Shown here in pieces: positions 41,270 through 51,331 of a stretch of DNA of 64,000 bases (the stretch's first letter is position 1; every line of letters starts with the position of its first letter). A program made the translations under genes and the position numbers. The stretch covers positions 70,178-134,177 of the forward strand of contig PDON01000060.1 of assembly GCA_002742935.1 (NCBI GenBank), written 5' to 3'. Below the pieces are notes generated by a model. The model was not told the DNA's origin, ran no database searches, and saw nothing but the letters and a program-made list of their open reading frames with translations. This DNA is from Candidatus Cloacimonadota bacterium (GTDB lineage Bacteria > UBA4055).

Positions 41270-41554
41270 TACTTGGTTTTAGCTTGAAAATTGTATAGAG
41301 AGGAAATTTTCCCTTTAGAGGACTTTAATAATAGTTTTGATTGATGATAGAGAATGTTTAGAAACCATTCTCTATCTAGGATCTAAAACAATTTTAGTAT
41401 ACCTTTTCTCTTCAAAAGCATTAAAACTTTTTCTTTTTATACTCAAAATAGTTTGATAAATAATTAGAAATAGATTACTTTATCCTTTTGGAAATAAAGA
41501 TTGCTCTATTTATGTTCAATCTATTATTTGATTCTAAAACGGGAAGGTTTATAG

Positions 41555-42650
41555 ATGGAAGATATTAAATTACTAATACCTGATCTGGTTGAGAGATTTA
41601 ATAATCTCAGGAGGTCTCTTTGATCTTGAAAAGATCTCAAATGAGATAAAATCTTTGGAAGAGGATACAATGGAGGAGGGTTTCTATAATGATAGAAGCC
41701 ATTCTGAAAAAGTTTTTAATGAGCTAAATCGCAGAAAATATTGGATTGAAAAAATATCACTTCTTGATGAACTTAAGGAGGAGATTGATCTTATTCTTGA
41801 AATGATTGAGGAGGATCCTGATTCTATTGATAATGAACTTGAGACCGTTTTTAAAAAATTTAGTTCTACTTTAGATGAGGTTGAGCTTAAGTCTATGCTT
41901 AGTGGAGAGGAGGATAAGAGGAATGCTATCTTTACTATCCATGCAGGATCAGGTGGAACAGATGCTCAAGATTGGGCTCACATGCTCCTTAGACTATATA
42001 AAAGATTTTTTGATAAAATGGATTTTAAATATTCTGAAGTTGATTATTTGGCAGGAGATTTAATAGGGACTAAATCTGTTACATTTGAGGTTAGTGGTAA
42101 TTACCCTTACGGATTTCTAAAATCTGAACATGGAGTTCACAGGCTAATAAGACTTTCACCCTTTGATACTCAACATAAAAGACACACCTCTTTTGCTTCA
42201 ATTTCCGTTATGCCAGTTGCAGATGATGTTGAAATAGATCTTGATCTTAACGATTTAAGAATTGATACCTATAGAGCATCGGGAGCCGGTGGTCAACATG
42301 TAAATAAAACAGATTCTGCCGTTAGAATTACCCATATACCTACAAATACGGTTGTTCAATCCCAAGCCCAGAGATCTCAAGTTGTTAATAAGGAGTATGC
42401 TTTAAAAGTTTTAAAAGCAAAACTTTATCAAATGAAACTTGAGGAGGAAAAGAAGAAGTGGAGTGATATTGGAGGAGAGAAACTTGATATTTCTTGGGGT
42501 TCTCAAATAAGAACCTATACCTTTCACCCTTACAATATGGTAAAGGATCATAGAACAAACTATGACACTTCAAACACTCAATCCGTAATGGATGGAGAGA
42601 TAGAGGATTTTATAAAGGAGTACCTTCACAAGTTTGGTAAAAAGTATTAA
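41555..42650 (+). CDS. prfB: peptide chain release factor 2 with programmed +1 frameshift (frame 0: 41555-41620, ends CTT TGA; frame +1: 41622-42650)
   Basis: Internal SD-like AGGAGG, then TCT CTT TGA T; upstream frame encodes MEDIKLLIPDLVERFNNLRRSL; downstream frame has the SPF motif and GGQHVNKTDSAVR (GGQ motif). Confidence 0.85.
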
Positions 42651-42681
42651 TTTTAATTGAAAAAAATTAGGAGATAGAGAT

Positions 42682-43182
42682 ATGTTAAACGAAAGATTTA
42701 TAGGTATGATTACCTCAGTTTCTGCTGCACTTAAAAGCGTGAAACTTCCAGATGGATCAAAGATAAAGCAGGGAATCTTTAAAATTAAACTTGAAAGTGC
42801 AGATATTGATTACAAAAGTATAGCTTCTTTCAATCCAAATATTTCAGCAACCCTTTTAAATATTCAACCAATACCTTTCAAATCTGTAAACTTTGGAGAG
42901 CAACTGGTTCAAAACATGATGGTTAGTTTCTTCTGTGAAGAGGAGGAAGATATTGAGGAAAAATCGGCTGAAAATCTAATTGGTGGTGAGAGTGATGCTG
43001 ATTTTGGGGATATAGCAATAACAAATCTTTCTGTAGCTATTAAGGAAAATATCCCAATTTATACATTTTTTCTAGAAATACCTATGCTCTATGATGGAAA
43101 GTTTCTGTTCAAAAATCTTAAAAAGAAAATTAGTTTTGAATTTGCAGATATGACTAAAAAAGAGATTAGAGAAGAGGAGTAG
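42682..43182 (+). CDS. hypothetical acidic protein
   Basis: 166-aa ORF with RBS GGAGATAGAG upstream; no recognisable motifs. Confidence 0.4.
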   Translation: MLNERFIGMITSVSAALKSVKLPDGSKIKQGIFKIKLESADIDYKSIASFNPNISATLLNIQPIPFKSVNFGEQLVQNMMVSFFCEEEEDIEEKSAENLIGGESDADFGDIAITNLSVAIKENIPIYTFFLEIPMLYDGKFLFKNLKKKISFEFADMTKKEIREEE

Positions 43183-43190
43183 AGCAGTAG

Positions 43191-45131
43191 ATGGTTACAA
43201 TTGCTGAACTTTCTCACTCATTTGCCGATAGAGTTTTGTATGATGTTGTTAATCTTTTCTTTAAGAATAGAGCAAGAGCAGGTATTGTTGGAGCAAATGG
43301 TAGCGGGAAAACAACTCTTTTAAAAATAATCAGTGGAGAGTTTGATCCCGACAAGTGTAAAATTACCATTAGTGGCAAAAAAAGTATAGGTATGCTTTCT
43401 CAGGATATTGTGGATCTTGAACCTATATCTATGCTCCAATATTTTAAGGATGAAACCAATATTTCATTTCTGGAAAAGAGACTTAGAGAGCTTGAAAACA
43501 AACTAAATAATAGTGGTGATAATACTAATGTTTTAAAGGAGTTTGAAGAGATAACTCAACAGTATGAATTTTATGAAGGTTATAGTTTTGAATCTCTTTG
43601 TGGTAGAATAATTAAAGGTTTAGGGTTTAAAAATGATGACCTTTACAAAAAATGTGATCAGTTTTCCGGTGGAATGAAAACAAGAATAGGTCTTGCTCTT
43701 CTTCTTCTTAAAAAACCTGATATCATGCTTTTAGATGAGCCTACAAACCACCTTGACACCGAAAGTATGGAATGGCTTGAATCCTACCTTAAAGATTATC
43801 ATGGAACTATAATAACAGTTTCCCACGATATTAGATTTTTGGATAAGGTTACAAACGAAACCTATGAAATATTTAATAAAACCATAACAAAATATTCCGG
43901 TAATTACACATACTATAAGAAAGAGAAAGAGAAAAAGCTTGAACTTCTAAAAAAAGAGTATGAATCTCAAGCGAGAGAGATTAAGAGACTTGAGGATTTT
44001 ATTGAAAGGTTCAGATACAAAGCTTCCAAAGCAAGCCAAGTTCAAAGTAGAATAAAGATGCTTGAAAAGTTTAAGGAGATTAAGCTTGAGAGTAGTGAAA
44101 AATCTGTTAAGATAAAATTTGCTCACAAAACACAAAGTGGGAACTCTGTCGTTGAGCTGAAAAACATATCTCATAGTTATGGAGAAAAAACTGTTCTTGA
44201 AAATGTAAATCTCCAATTTTTTAGAGGGGAAAAGATAGCAATTGTTGGTGTTAACGGAGCAGGTAAATCTACACTTTCAGCTATAATTTCAAAAAGTTTA
44301 GATCAAACATCAGGCAGTGTTGAGTATGGTTATAATGTAAAGCCGGCTTATTTTTCTCAGTCATCTTCAGATACCCTAAATAAGGAAAACTCTATTTTAG
44401 AGGAGATAAACACAGTTAAGCATGATTACGATGATGTAGGGATAAGATCTCTTCTAGGTGCCTTTCTGTTTTCAGGAGATGATATTTATAAAAAAATAAA
44501 GGTTCTTTCAGGTGGCGAAAGATCTAGAGTTGCTCTTATCAAAATTTTAATGAACGATACCAACTTTCTTATCTTAGATGAGCCTACAAATCATCTGGAC
44601 AGATCTACTAAAGATATCTTCCAAAAAGCTCTTTTAGAGTATGAAGGTACAATAATGATAGTTTCCCATGACAGATATTTTTTGGATAATCTTGTAGATA
44701 AGGTTATTGAAGTTAAAAATAACTCTGTAAAGGAGTATACGGGGGATTACTCATACTTTGTATGGAAAAGAGAGCAGGAAACAAATAGCAATATAGAAGA
44801 GACAGCAACAGTTGTTTCAACATCCCAAAAGGAGAGTTCCAAAGGTTTTAAAAGTAAAGAACAGAGAAGATTGGAGGCTGAAAAGCGTAAAGAAAATGCT
44901 CAAAAAACTAAAGGTCTTAAAAAAGAGCTTTCTGAGGTTGAATCTCTTATTGAAAAATATGAAGAGGAAAAAAGTAGTACTGAATCTCTTTTATGTTCCG
45001 AAGAGGTTTTAACTGATAGCCAAAAAATAGTATCTCTAAATATTAGGTTAAAGGAACTTAACGAACTCATTGAAACCAATATGGAAAAATGGGAAGAGAT
45101 AACTATGGCGATAGAGGAAATTTTAGGGTAA
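43191..45131 (+). CDS. ABC-F family ATPase (two NBDs, no TM domains, coiled-coil C-terminal tail; Uup/YheS-like)
   Basis: Two Walker A (GANGSGKTT, GVNGAGKST), two signatures (FSGGMKTR, LSGGERSR), two Walker B; Lys/Glu-rich C-terminus. Confidence 0.85.
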   Translation: MVTIAELSHSFADRVLYDVVNLFFKNRARAGIVGANGSGKTTLLKIISGEFDPDKCKITISGKKSIGMLSQDIVDLEPISMLQYFKDETNISFLEKRLRELENKLNNSGDNTNVLKEFEEITQQYEFYEGYSFESLCGRIIKGLGFKNDDLYKKCDQFSGGMKTRIGLALLLLKKPDIMLLDEPTNHLDTESMEWLESYLKDYHGTIITVSHDIRFLDKVTNETYEIFNKTITKYSGNYTYYKKEKEKKLELLKKEYESQAREIKRLEDFIERFRYKASKASQVQSRIKMLEKFKEIKLESSEKSVKIKFAHKTQSGNSVVELKNISHSYGEKTVLENVNLQFFRGEKIAIVGVNGAGKSTLSAIISKSLDQTSGSVEYGYNVKPAYFSQSSSDTLNKENSILEEINTVKHDYDDVGIRSLLGAFLFSGDDIYKKIKVLSGGERSRVALIKILMNDTNFLILDEPTNHLDRSTKDIFQKALLEYEGTIMIVSHDRYFLDNLVDKVIEVKNNSVKEYTGDYSYFVWKREQETNSNIEETATVVSTSQKESSKGFKSKEQRRLEAEKRKENAQKTKGLKKELSEVESLIEKYEEEKSSTESLLCSEEVLTDSQKIVSLNIRLKELNELIETNMEKWEEITMAIEEILG

Positions 45132-45274
45132 AATTATAGCATTCTTAAAATAGATAGTATCTACTGAAAGAATAGATCTTATTCCATTTAGCCTAAGTGG
45201 AACATAACTATTTATCTACTATTTAGCATAACAAATAGAAGACAACATAAAACTTTATTGATCAGTCCTAAAAA

Positions 45275-45401
45275 GTCAGGCTGTCTAGAAACGAGTAGTA
45301 CAAGGAATTGATTTTTTATGTGATAGGAGCCTAGTAAACCTAGGTAACTTGAGTATAAAAAAGCGATAACGAAGTAATACGAAGCTTATCGGAAGTCTGA
45401 G
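45275..45401 (+). mobile_element. MITE-like repeat copy 4 (127 bp), about 70 nt downstream of the ridA stop
   Basis: Same family; followed by GGGCAGA-ACACAAGA-TCTGCCC hairpin. Confidence 0.65.
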
Positions 45402-45470
45402 GGCAGAACACAAGATCTGCCCCTACGATATACTCTCGATCAGTTTAATATTTTAACGGCATAATACCAA

Positions 45471-45851
45471 CTACCCCTTAACGGCAATAGTCTCAATCTC
45501 AACCATTACTCCGAGAGGAAGTTTTGCAACTTGGTATGCGGCTCTTGCAGGAGAGTTCTCTGCATAACATTTACCGTAAACCTCATTCATAGCAGCAAAG
45601 TTGTCCATATTATCAATAAGACAAGTAGATTTAACAACATCAGCAAATGTATAACCCGCTTCTTTAAGAATAGCTTCAATATTTTTCATAACCATCTCAG
45701 TTTGCTCAGTTACTCCACCCTCAACAATCTTACCGGTTTTAGGATCTACAGGGATCTGTCCTGAGATATAAAGAGTTCCGTTAACTTCTACAGCTTGGGA
45801 GTATGGACCAATTGCCTTTGGAGCATTTTCGGTAAAAATAATCTTTTTCAT
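45471..45851 (-). CDS. ridA: RidA/YjgF-family reactive enamine/imine deaminase
   Basis: 126 aa; FTENAPKAIGPYSQA and C-terminal PARAAYQVAKLPLGVMVEIE motifs typical of RidA. Confidence 0.85.
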   Translation of the reverse strand: MKKIIFTENAPKAIGPYSQAVEVNGTLYISGQIPVDPKTGKIVEGGVTEQTEMVMKNIEAILKEAGYTFADVVKSTCLIDNMDNFAAMNEVYGKCYAENSPARAAYQVAKLPLGVMVEIETIAVKG

Positions 45852-45951
45852 TTTATCTTCCTTTTTATAGTTTATGTTGTATAAAACAACCTTTTTGTTA
45901 AATATTAGGATCTAAATATAGATAAAAATCCTAATTAAAATCTAATAAGAT

Positions 45952-48015
45952 CTACTTTTTAATTCTAATCCTTGCATCAACGGCGGTTACATGAGTTGAG
46001 GTACCGAGAAGTGGATTTAGATCAAGTTCCATAATCTCCGGAGCAGATTCCAATAGAGAAGAAAGTCTTGTAACAGTATCTACAAACATCTCTTGGTTTA
46101 TACCCTCTTGACCTCTAACACCTTCAATAATCTTATAGCTCTTTAGAGATTTAATCATCTTTTGAGCTTCACACTTGCTTACAGGAACAAGAGCAGCACT
46201 TGTATCTTTTAGAACCTCAATAAAGATTCCTCCCATTCCGCAAAGAACCATATGACCAAACTTCTCATCATAGTTAGCTCCGGCAAACAGTTCAGTACCT
46301 GAAAGCATAGGTTGTATTAAGATTCCGGTTGTATCTGTAATCTTCATCATTCTATTAAACTCATCTTTAACCTGACCTTCACTCTTTACATTAAGAACAA
46401 CACCACCAACATCGCTCTTATGAACAGGTCCTACAACCTTCATAACAAGAGGATATCCAAACTCATTTGCAGTATCGACAGCATCTTTTTCAGAATTAAC
46501 AACTCTTTCCCCTACTCTCTTGATTCCGGCAGCATCTAAAAGTGCTTGGATCTCTTGTGGCGGAAGATATCCGTCACTAATATTTGAGCTTTCAATAATC
46601 TCTCTAATTTTATTGTGGTCAACTTTAGCAGTTTCAGGATTCTCCTCAGGTTTACTACTATTCCAGACTCTTGAAAGAGCATTACCAAATACAACCTCAT
46701 CAGGGAAGTTTATTCTACCCTTATTTAGGAAGAACTCAACCTCTCTACCTGCTGTAATAAGGGAAGGTAAAATAGGATAGATAGGTTTTTTTGCTGTTCT
46801 CATCTTTTGATCTAAAACTTCATATGCGTCAAAAATCTCAAACAGACCCGGAGTTCCAAAAACTACAGCCATACCATCAATATTGTCAAACTTTTGATCA
46901 CAATAATCTATAATTGTACCAAGTTGCTCTGCAGTACCTGTAGCCAAGAAATCTATAGGATTTCCAACAGCTGACCCGGGGAAAAGTTTTGTTAAAAGCT
47001 CATCAGCTAATTCACCCTCTATGTGAGGAACTTCCATTCCACCATTTGAAAGAGCATCAGTAAGCATTACAGCAGGACCTCCGGCATGAGTAATAACAGC
47101 AATATTTTTACCTTTTAACTCTTTGTGCATAAATATAGAGGCAACAGTTGTAAGATCCTGTCTTCCGTAACATCTTACAATACCTGCTTTCTTAAATAGA
47201 GCGTCAACAGCTTTATCAGGGCTTGCTAATGCACCGGTATGTGAAGATGCGGCTCTTGAACCGGCTTCTGAAGATCCGGATTTAACAGCAGCAATCTTAC
47301 ACCCTTTACTAACGAGAGATTTTGCATGCTTTAAAAGCAGTTCAGGTTTATCAATATTTTCAACATAAAGTATTTTAACTCTTGATGATTTTTCAGGATC
47401 AAAAGTTTCATCCCAATATTTAACAACCTCTTCAATACCCATTTGAGCCGAGTTACCTACAGAGTAAATGGAAGCGAATTTAAGTCCGTTAGGTATAGCA
47501 GATTCTAAAATAAATACAGCTGTTGCACCTGAACCTGAAGCAAAATCACAACCAAATGGATCAAGAGTAGGAACAGGCTTTGTAAATGTTCCATTGTAGT
47601 AAGGGGTTAAAAGACCAATACAGTTAGGACCTATTAAAGAGCCACCAACACTATTAATGGTAGCTACCATCTTATCCTCGAGAACCTTACCCTCTTCACT
47701 GGACTCACTAAAACCGGCAGTTAAAACAATATAACCTTTAGTTGATCTTTTGTGAGCAAGGAAATCTACTGTGTCCGGAACAAATTTAGCAGGAATAGAG
47801 ATAATTGCTGTATCAACTTTTGGAGGAAGCTCCTCTATAGATTTGAAACATTTTATACCTTGTACTTCATCCTCTTTAGGGTTTACAATGTAAATATCAC
47901 CCTTAAATCCGCAGTTTTTTAGATTTACTACAACTGTTCCACCGGGTTTATTAGTATCGTTTGATCCTCCAATTACAACAATTGATGAGGGGTTTATCAG
48001 TTCCTTGGCTATCAT
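45952..48015 (-). CDS. ADP-forming acyl-CoA synthetase, fused alpha-beta (CoA-binding, succinyl-CoA-synthetase-like and ATP-grasp domains)
   Basis: 687 aa; N-terminal SIVVIGGS...KPGG CoA-binding motif, ATP-grasp C-terminal part, overall NDP-forming acetyl-CoA synthetase layout. Confidence 0.75.
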   Translation of the reverse strand: MIAKELINPSSIVVIGGSNDTNKPGGTVVVNLKNCGFKGDIYIVNPKEDEVQGIKCFKSIEELPPKVDTAIISIPAKFVPDTVDFLAHKRSTKGYIVLTAGFSESSEEGKVLEDKMVATINSVGGSLIGPNCIGLLTPYYNGTFTKPVPTLDPFGCDFASGSGATAVFILESAIPNGLKFASIYSVGNSAQMGIEEVVKYWDETFDPEKSSRVKILYVENIDKPELLLKHAKSLVSKGCKIAAVKSGSSEAGSRAASSHTGALASPDKAVDALFKKAGIVRCYGRQDLTTVASIFMHKELKGKNIAVITHAGGPAVMLTDALSNGGMEVPHIEGELADELLTKLFPGSAVGNPIDFLATGTAEQLGTIIDYCDQKFDNIDGMAVVFGTPGLFEIFDAYEVLDQKMRTAKKPIYPILPSLITAGREVEFFLNKGRINFPDEVVFGNALSRVWNSSKPEENPETAKVDHNKIREIIESSNISDGYLPPQEIQALLDAAGIKRVGERVVNSEKDAVDTANEFGYPLVMKVVGPVHKSDVGGVVLNVKSEGQVKDEFNRMMKITDTTGILIQPMLSGTELFAGANYDEKFGHMVLCGMGGIFIEVLKDTSAALVPVSKCEAQKMIKSLKSYKIIEGVRGQEGINQEMFVDTVTRLSSLLESAPEIMELDLNPLLGTSTHVTAVDARIRIKK

Positions 48016-48255
48016 AGCTTCTCCATTTATATTTTAATATAAAGTTTATAGTTTAGTATCTTTCCTTTTAACTAAGAATGTCTAACTCTTAGAATTAAAA
48101 AACCTATACTAAACCATAATAAAATAAAGAATTAACTAAAATCCAAAATAATAGTTAAAAAACTATAGTTATATTTTAGGCCTACTGAAAAATGTTAAGA
48201 ATAATTTAACAGATTATATAGGTATATTTAAAGTTTTGAACTTTTACAGTAAAAC

Positions 48256-49389
48256 CTAGCTATAGAACTCTACTATTTTTTGGGATATATACTCAATCTC
48301 ACTTTGTTTAAGTTCATAGTACATAGGTAAACGGATTAGTGTATTTGAGTACCTGTCACAATTTTTTAATGCTCTCCCATCATGCTTTGATTTAAAGTAT
48401 TCGCTACTATGTAAAGATTGATAGTGAAAAACAGCTAGAATATTATTGGATTTTAAAAATTTTAGCAAGCTATCTCTTTCGTTGATATTTTTACATACCA
48501 AATAGAACATATGTCCATTATTTGTTGCGTAATCGGGGATATCACCTAGCTTTGTTTTACCATTTATTTCAAGAGAGGATAACCCTTCATAATACCTATT
48601 CCAGTTTTCAATCCTCTTACTCTGAATATTCTTCATTGATTCCAATTGAGCGTATAGATAAGCCGCAATAATATCGGAAGGTAAAAATGATGATCCTATA
48701 TCAACCCAACCATATTTATCAACTTCGCCTCTAAAAAATTTTTGTCTATTTGTTCCCTTTTCCCAAATAACCTCAGCTCTTTCTATAAATTTTTCATCAT
48801 TTATAAATAGTGCTCCACCTTCGCCGGAAATAATATTTTTAGTTTCATGAAAAGAGAGGGTTCCCAAATGACCAATGGTTCCTAATGGTTTCCCTTTGTA
48901 ATAGGAATCAATAGCTTGGGCAGCATCCTCAACAACAAAAAGATTATACTTATCTGCCAACTCCATTATCTTATCCATATCACAAGAAACACCTGCATAA
49001 TGAACGGGAACAATAGCTTTTGTTTTATCTGTGATTAAACTTTCAATCTTATCAGCATCAATATTAGGATTGTTATCGCAACTGTCAGCAAATATAATTT
49101 TAGCACCTCTAAGAGCAAAGGCATTAGCAGTGGAAACAAAGGTGTATGATGGTATAATTACCTCATCACCCAATTTTATATCAAGAAGTATTGCAGCCAT
49201 CTCTAAAGCATCAGAACAACTGGTTGTCAAAAGGACTTTTTTTATACTATATCTCTCTTCAAAAAAGGAGTGACACTTTTTGGTAAAGTATCCATTTCCA
49301 GCTATATGGGATTGCTTATACACAGCTTCATACATATAATGAGCTTCTTTACCGGTTAAATGAGGTTTATTAAATGATATCTTATTCAT
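48256..49389 (-). CDS. DegT/DnrJ/EryC1/StrS-family PLP-dependent sugar 4-aminotransferase (WecE/ArnB-like)
   Basis: N-terminal FNKPHLTGKEAHYMYEAV...GYFTKKC resembles the WecE N-terminus; 377 aa. Confidence 0.75.
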   Translation of the reverse strand: MNKISFNKPHLTGKEAHYMYEAVYKQSHIAGNGYFTKKCHSFFEERYSIKKVLLTTSCSDALEMAAILLDIKLGDEVIIPSYTFVSTANAFALRGAKIIFADSCDNNPNIDADKIESLITDKTKAIVPVHYAGVSCDMDKIMELADKYNLFVVEDAAQAIDSYYKGKPLGTIGHLGTLSFHETKNIISGEGGALFINDEKFIERAEVIWEKGTNRQKFFRGEVDKYGWVDIGSSFLPSDIIAAYLYAQLESMKNIQSKRIENWNRYYEGLSSLEINGKTKLGDIPDYATNNGHMFYLVCKNINERDSLLKFLKSNNILAVFHYQSLHSSEYFKSKHDGRALKNCDRYSNTLIRLPMYYELKQSEIEYISQKIVEFYS

Positions 49390-49456
49390 GATTATACTCT
49401 TTATTAGTTATTGTTATCTTTACCTATCTTTTAGAATTTCCTTTTAGTTTTAGGGC

Positions 49457-51034
49457 TTACTCCTCTTTTAAAATCTCCTCTAAGCTAACCACCTCATGAT
49501 CCTTCACATTCCTATCCTTTTCATTAAAAGCTATACCCATACAGACAACTTTTTTCTTATCATTCAAGTATGGTTCATAATATTTTTTACTCTTTATCTG
49601 TTCAATAGCAGATTTTGCACTATTCATCTTAAATTCCATTACATAGATAAAATCTCCAACCTTTACAACAGCATCAATTACACCATTATTGGTCTTTTGC
49701 TCTACATCAATATTTATGCCCATAAATTTTAGAGCTAAATAGATAATTGTATGGTAATAACTTTCATACTTTCCGGTTCCGAGATTGTTTGGAATATCAG
49801 CAAAAATAGATCTAAGGGTTAATATAAAGGCTCTAATATCATTTTTTTCTAAAGAGGATACTAAATCCTGTATTTTTTGAGAATAATAGCCACTTTCAAT
49901 TCCTGCAAATTCAGCCCCTAAAAGCAGATAAAAAGATTGTTTTACCTCCATATTAGGATATCCTATTTTGTAAGATATAGAAAAATTATTTGGATCCATC
50001 ATCTTCTCTTTAATAGTGAGATAGCCTGTTTGAAAGAGAAGAACACTCATGTTTATATTTTCTAGATTATAGGAGTCTAAAGCTGATTCAGGAACATTTA
50101 TAAGATCATCATAATCTCTAACATTAATGCCCTTCTCTTTTATAAGCTTTATTAAAAAGGTCGCAGTTCCTGTTTTAAACCAAAAGTTTTTAAACTCTCT
50201 ATACCATAGAAGACTTAAAACAGAATACGGGTTATAGATAGAACTCTTAATATCCCAAGAGTAGCCATTATACCATAGTTTGACTACCTCTATTAGCCGT
50301 TTTCTATTAATACCATACTTCTCTTCAATAGTTTTTAGATAATCTCCATAATTATCTATAATCTCTTTTTCTGTATAGCCTGCTATCTCTGCATAATTTT
50401 CATCAATTGTAATATCTGTTAAATTATTGAGTTCACTAAAAAATGATACTCTACTAAACTTTGAGACCCCTGTTATAAAAAGTAGTTTTATATGATTATC
50501 TAAATCTTTAATTACAGAGTAAAATTGTTTCAATATCTCTCTATTTTTTTCAGCTGTTTCTAAATTGGTAATATAATCAATTATCGGCTTATCATACTCA
50601 TCTATTAAAATTGCAACAGGCTTTTCTTTACTTAGTTTTATTATTAGTTCTCTAAATTTTTCAGAAAATATTTCTGAGCTGTCAAAAATAACATTATTAT
50701 CTTTAGCAATACTATTAAGTTCTTTCTCTATAGCTTCTTTCAAATCTAAAGAGTTATAGGGTAAATTTGCAAAACTGATCTTTATAACCGGAAACTTTTC
50801 CTCAAAATTCCACTTATTATATATCCAAGTTCCTTCAAAAAGTTCTTTATTTCCATTAAAGAGTTCTTTCATTGTATTTACTAGGAGAGATTTCCCAAAT
50901 CTTCGTGGACGGGAAAGGAAGTAGTATTTTCCTGTTGAAATAAGTTTATTGATAGTTTTTGTTTTATCTACATAAACACAATTATCTCTTCTGAGTGTTG
51001 AGAGTTCTTGATATCCTAAGCCTAGTTTTTTCAT
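49457..51034 (-). CDS. AAA-ATPase-like plus PD-(D/E)XK domain protein (paralog 2)
   Basis: About 65% identity to the 51332 gene over the N-terminus; shared YVDKT / LSRPRRFGKSL motifs; C-terminal IDAVVK...IMEFK nuclease-like motif. Confidence 0.7.
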   Translation of the reverse strand: MKKLGLGYQELSTLRRDNCVYVDKTKTINKLISTGKYYFLSRPRRFGKSLLVNTMKELFNGNKELFEGTWIYNKWNFEEKFPVIKISFANLPYNSLDLKEAIEKELNSIAKDNNVIFDSSEIFSEKFRELIIKLSKEKPVAILIDEYDKPIIDYITNLETAEKNREILKQFYSVIKDLDNHIKLLFITGVSKFSRVSFFSELNNLTDITIDENYAEIAGYTEKEIIDNYGDYLKTIEEKYGINRKRLIEVVKLWYNGYSWDIKSSIYNPYSVLSLLWYREFKNFWFKTGTATFLIKLIKEKGINVRDYDDLINVPESALDSYNLENINMSVLLFQTGYLTIKEKMMDPNNFSISYKIGYPNMEVKQSFYLLLGAEFAGIESGYYSQKIQDLVSSLEKNDIRAFILTLRSIFADIPNNLGTGKYESYYHTIIYLALKFMGINIDVEQKTNNGVIDAVVKVGDFIYVMEFKMNSAKSAIEQIKSKKYYEPYLNDKKKVVCMGIAFNEKDRNVKDHEVVSLEEILKEE

Positions 51035-51331
51035 GATAAAATCCTATCAAAATTATTTCTATAATATTCTTTTTCTATATTTGGTCTTGATGTATTAAGG
51101 TATCTCATTATTACTCCCAAAAATAGTTCTATTTCTATTTAAGTACAGTATAAGTCATTTTTAGTAAAAATAAAATTAATATGATTAATTTGATAGTTTT
51201 GCTCTTAGGGAAGCAGATAAGATCTTTTAAAGATCTAAATTTCCCCAAATATTATTACTCAAATCATGTTTTAAACAACTAACCCTAAATAAAAACACTA
51301 CAAAAATTTCTAAATTTAGAATTGAACCTTT

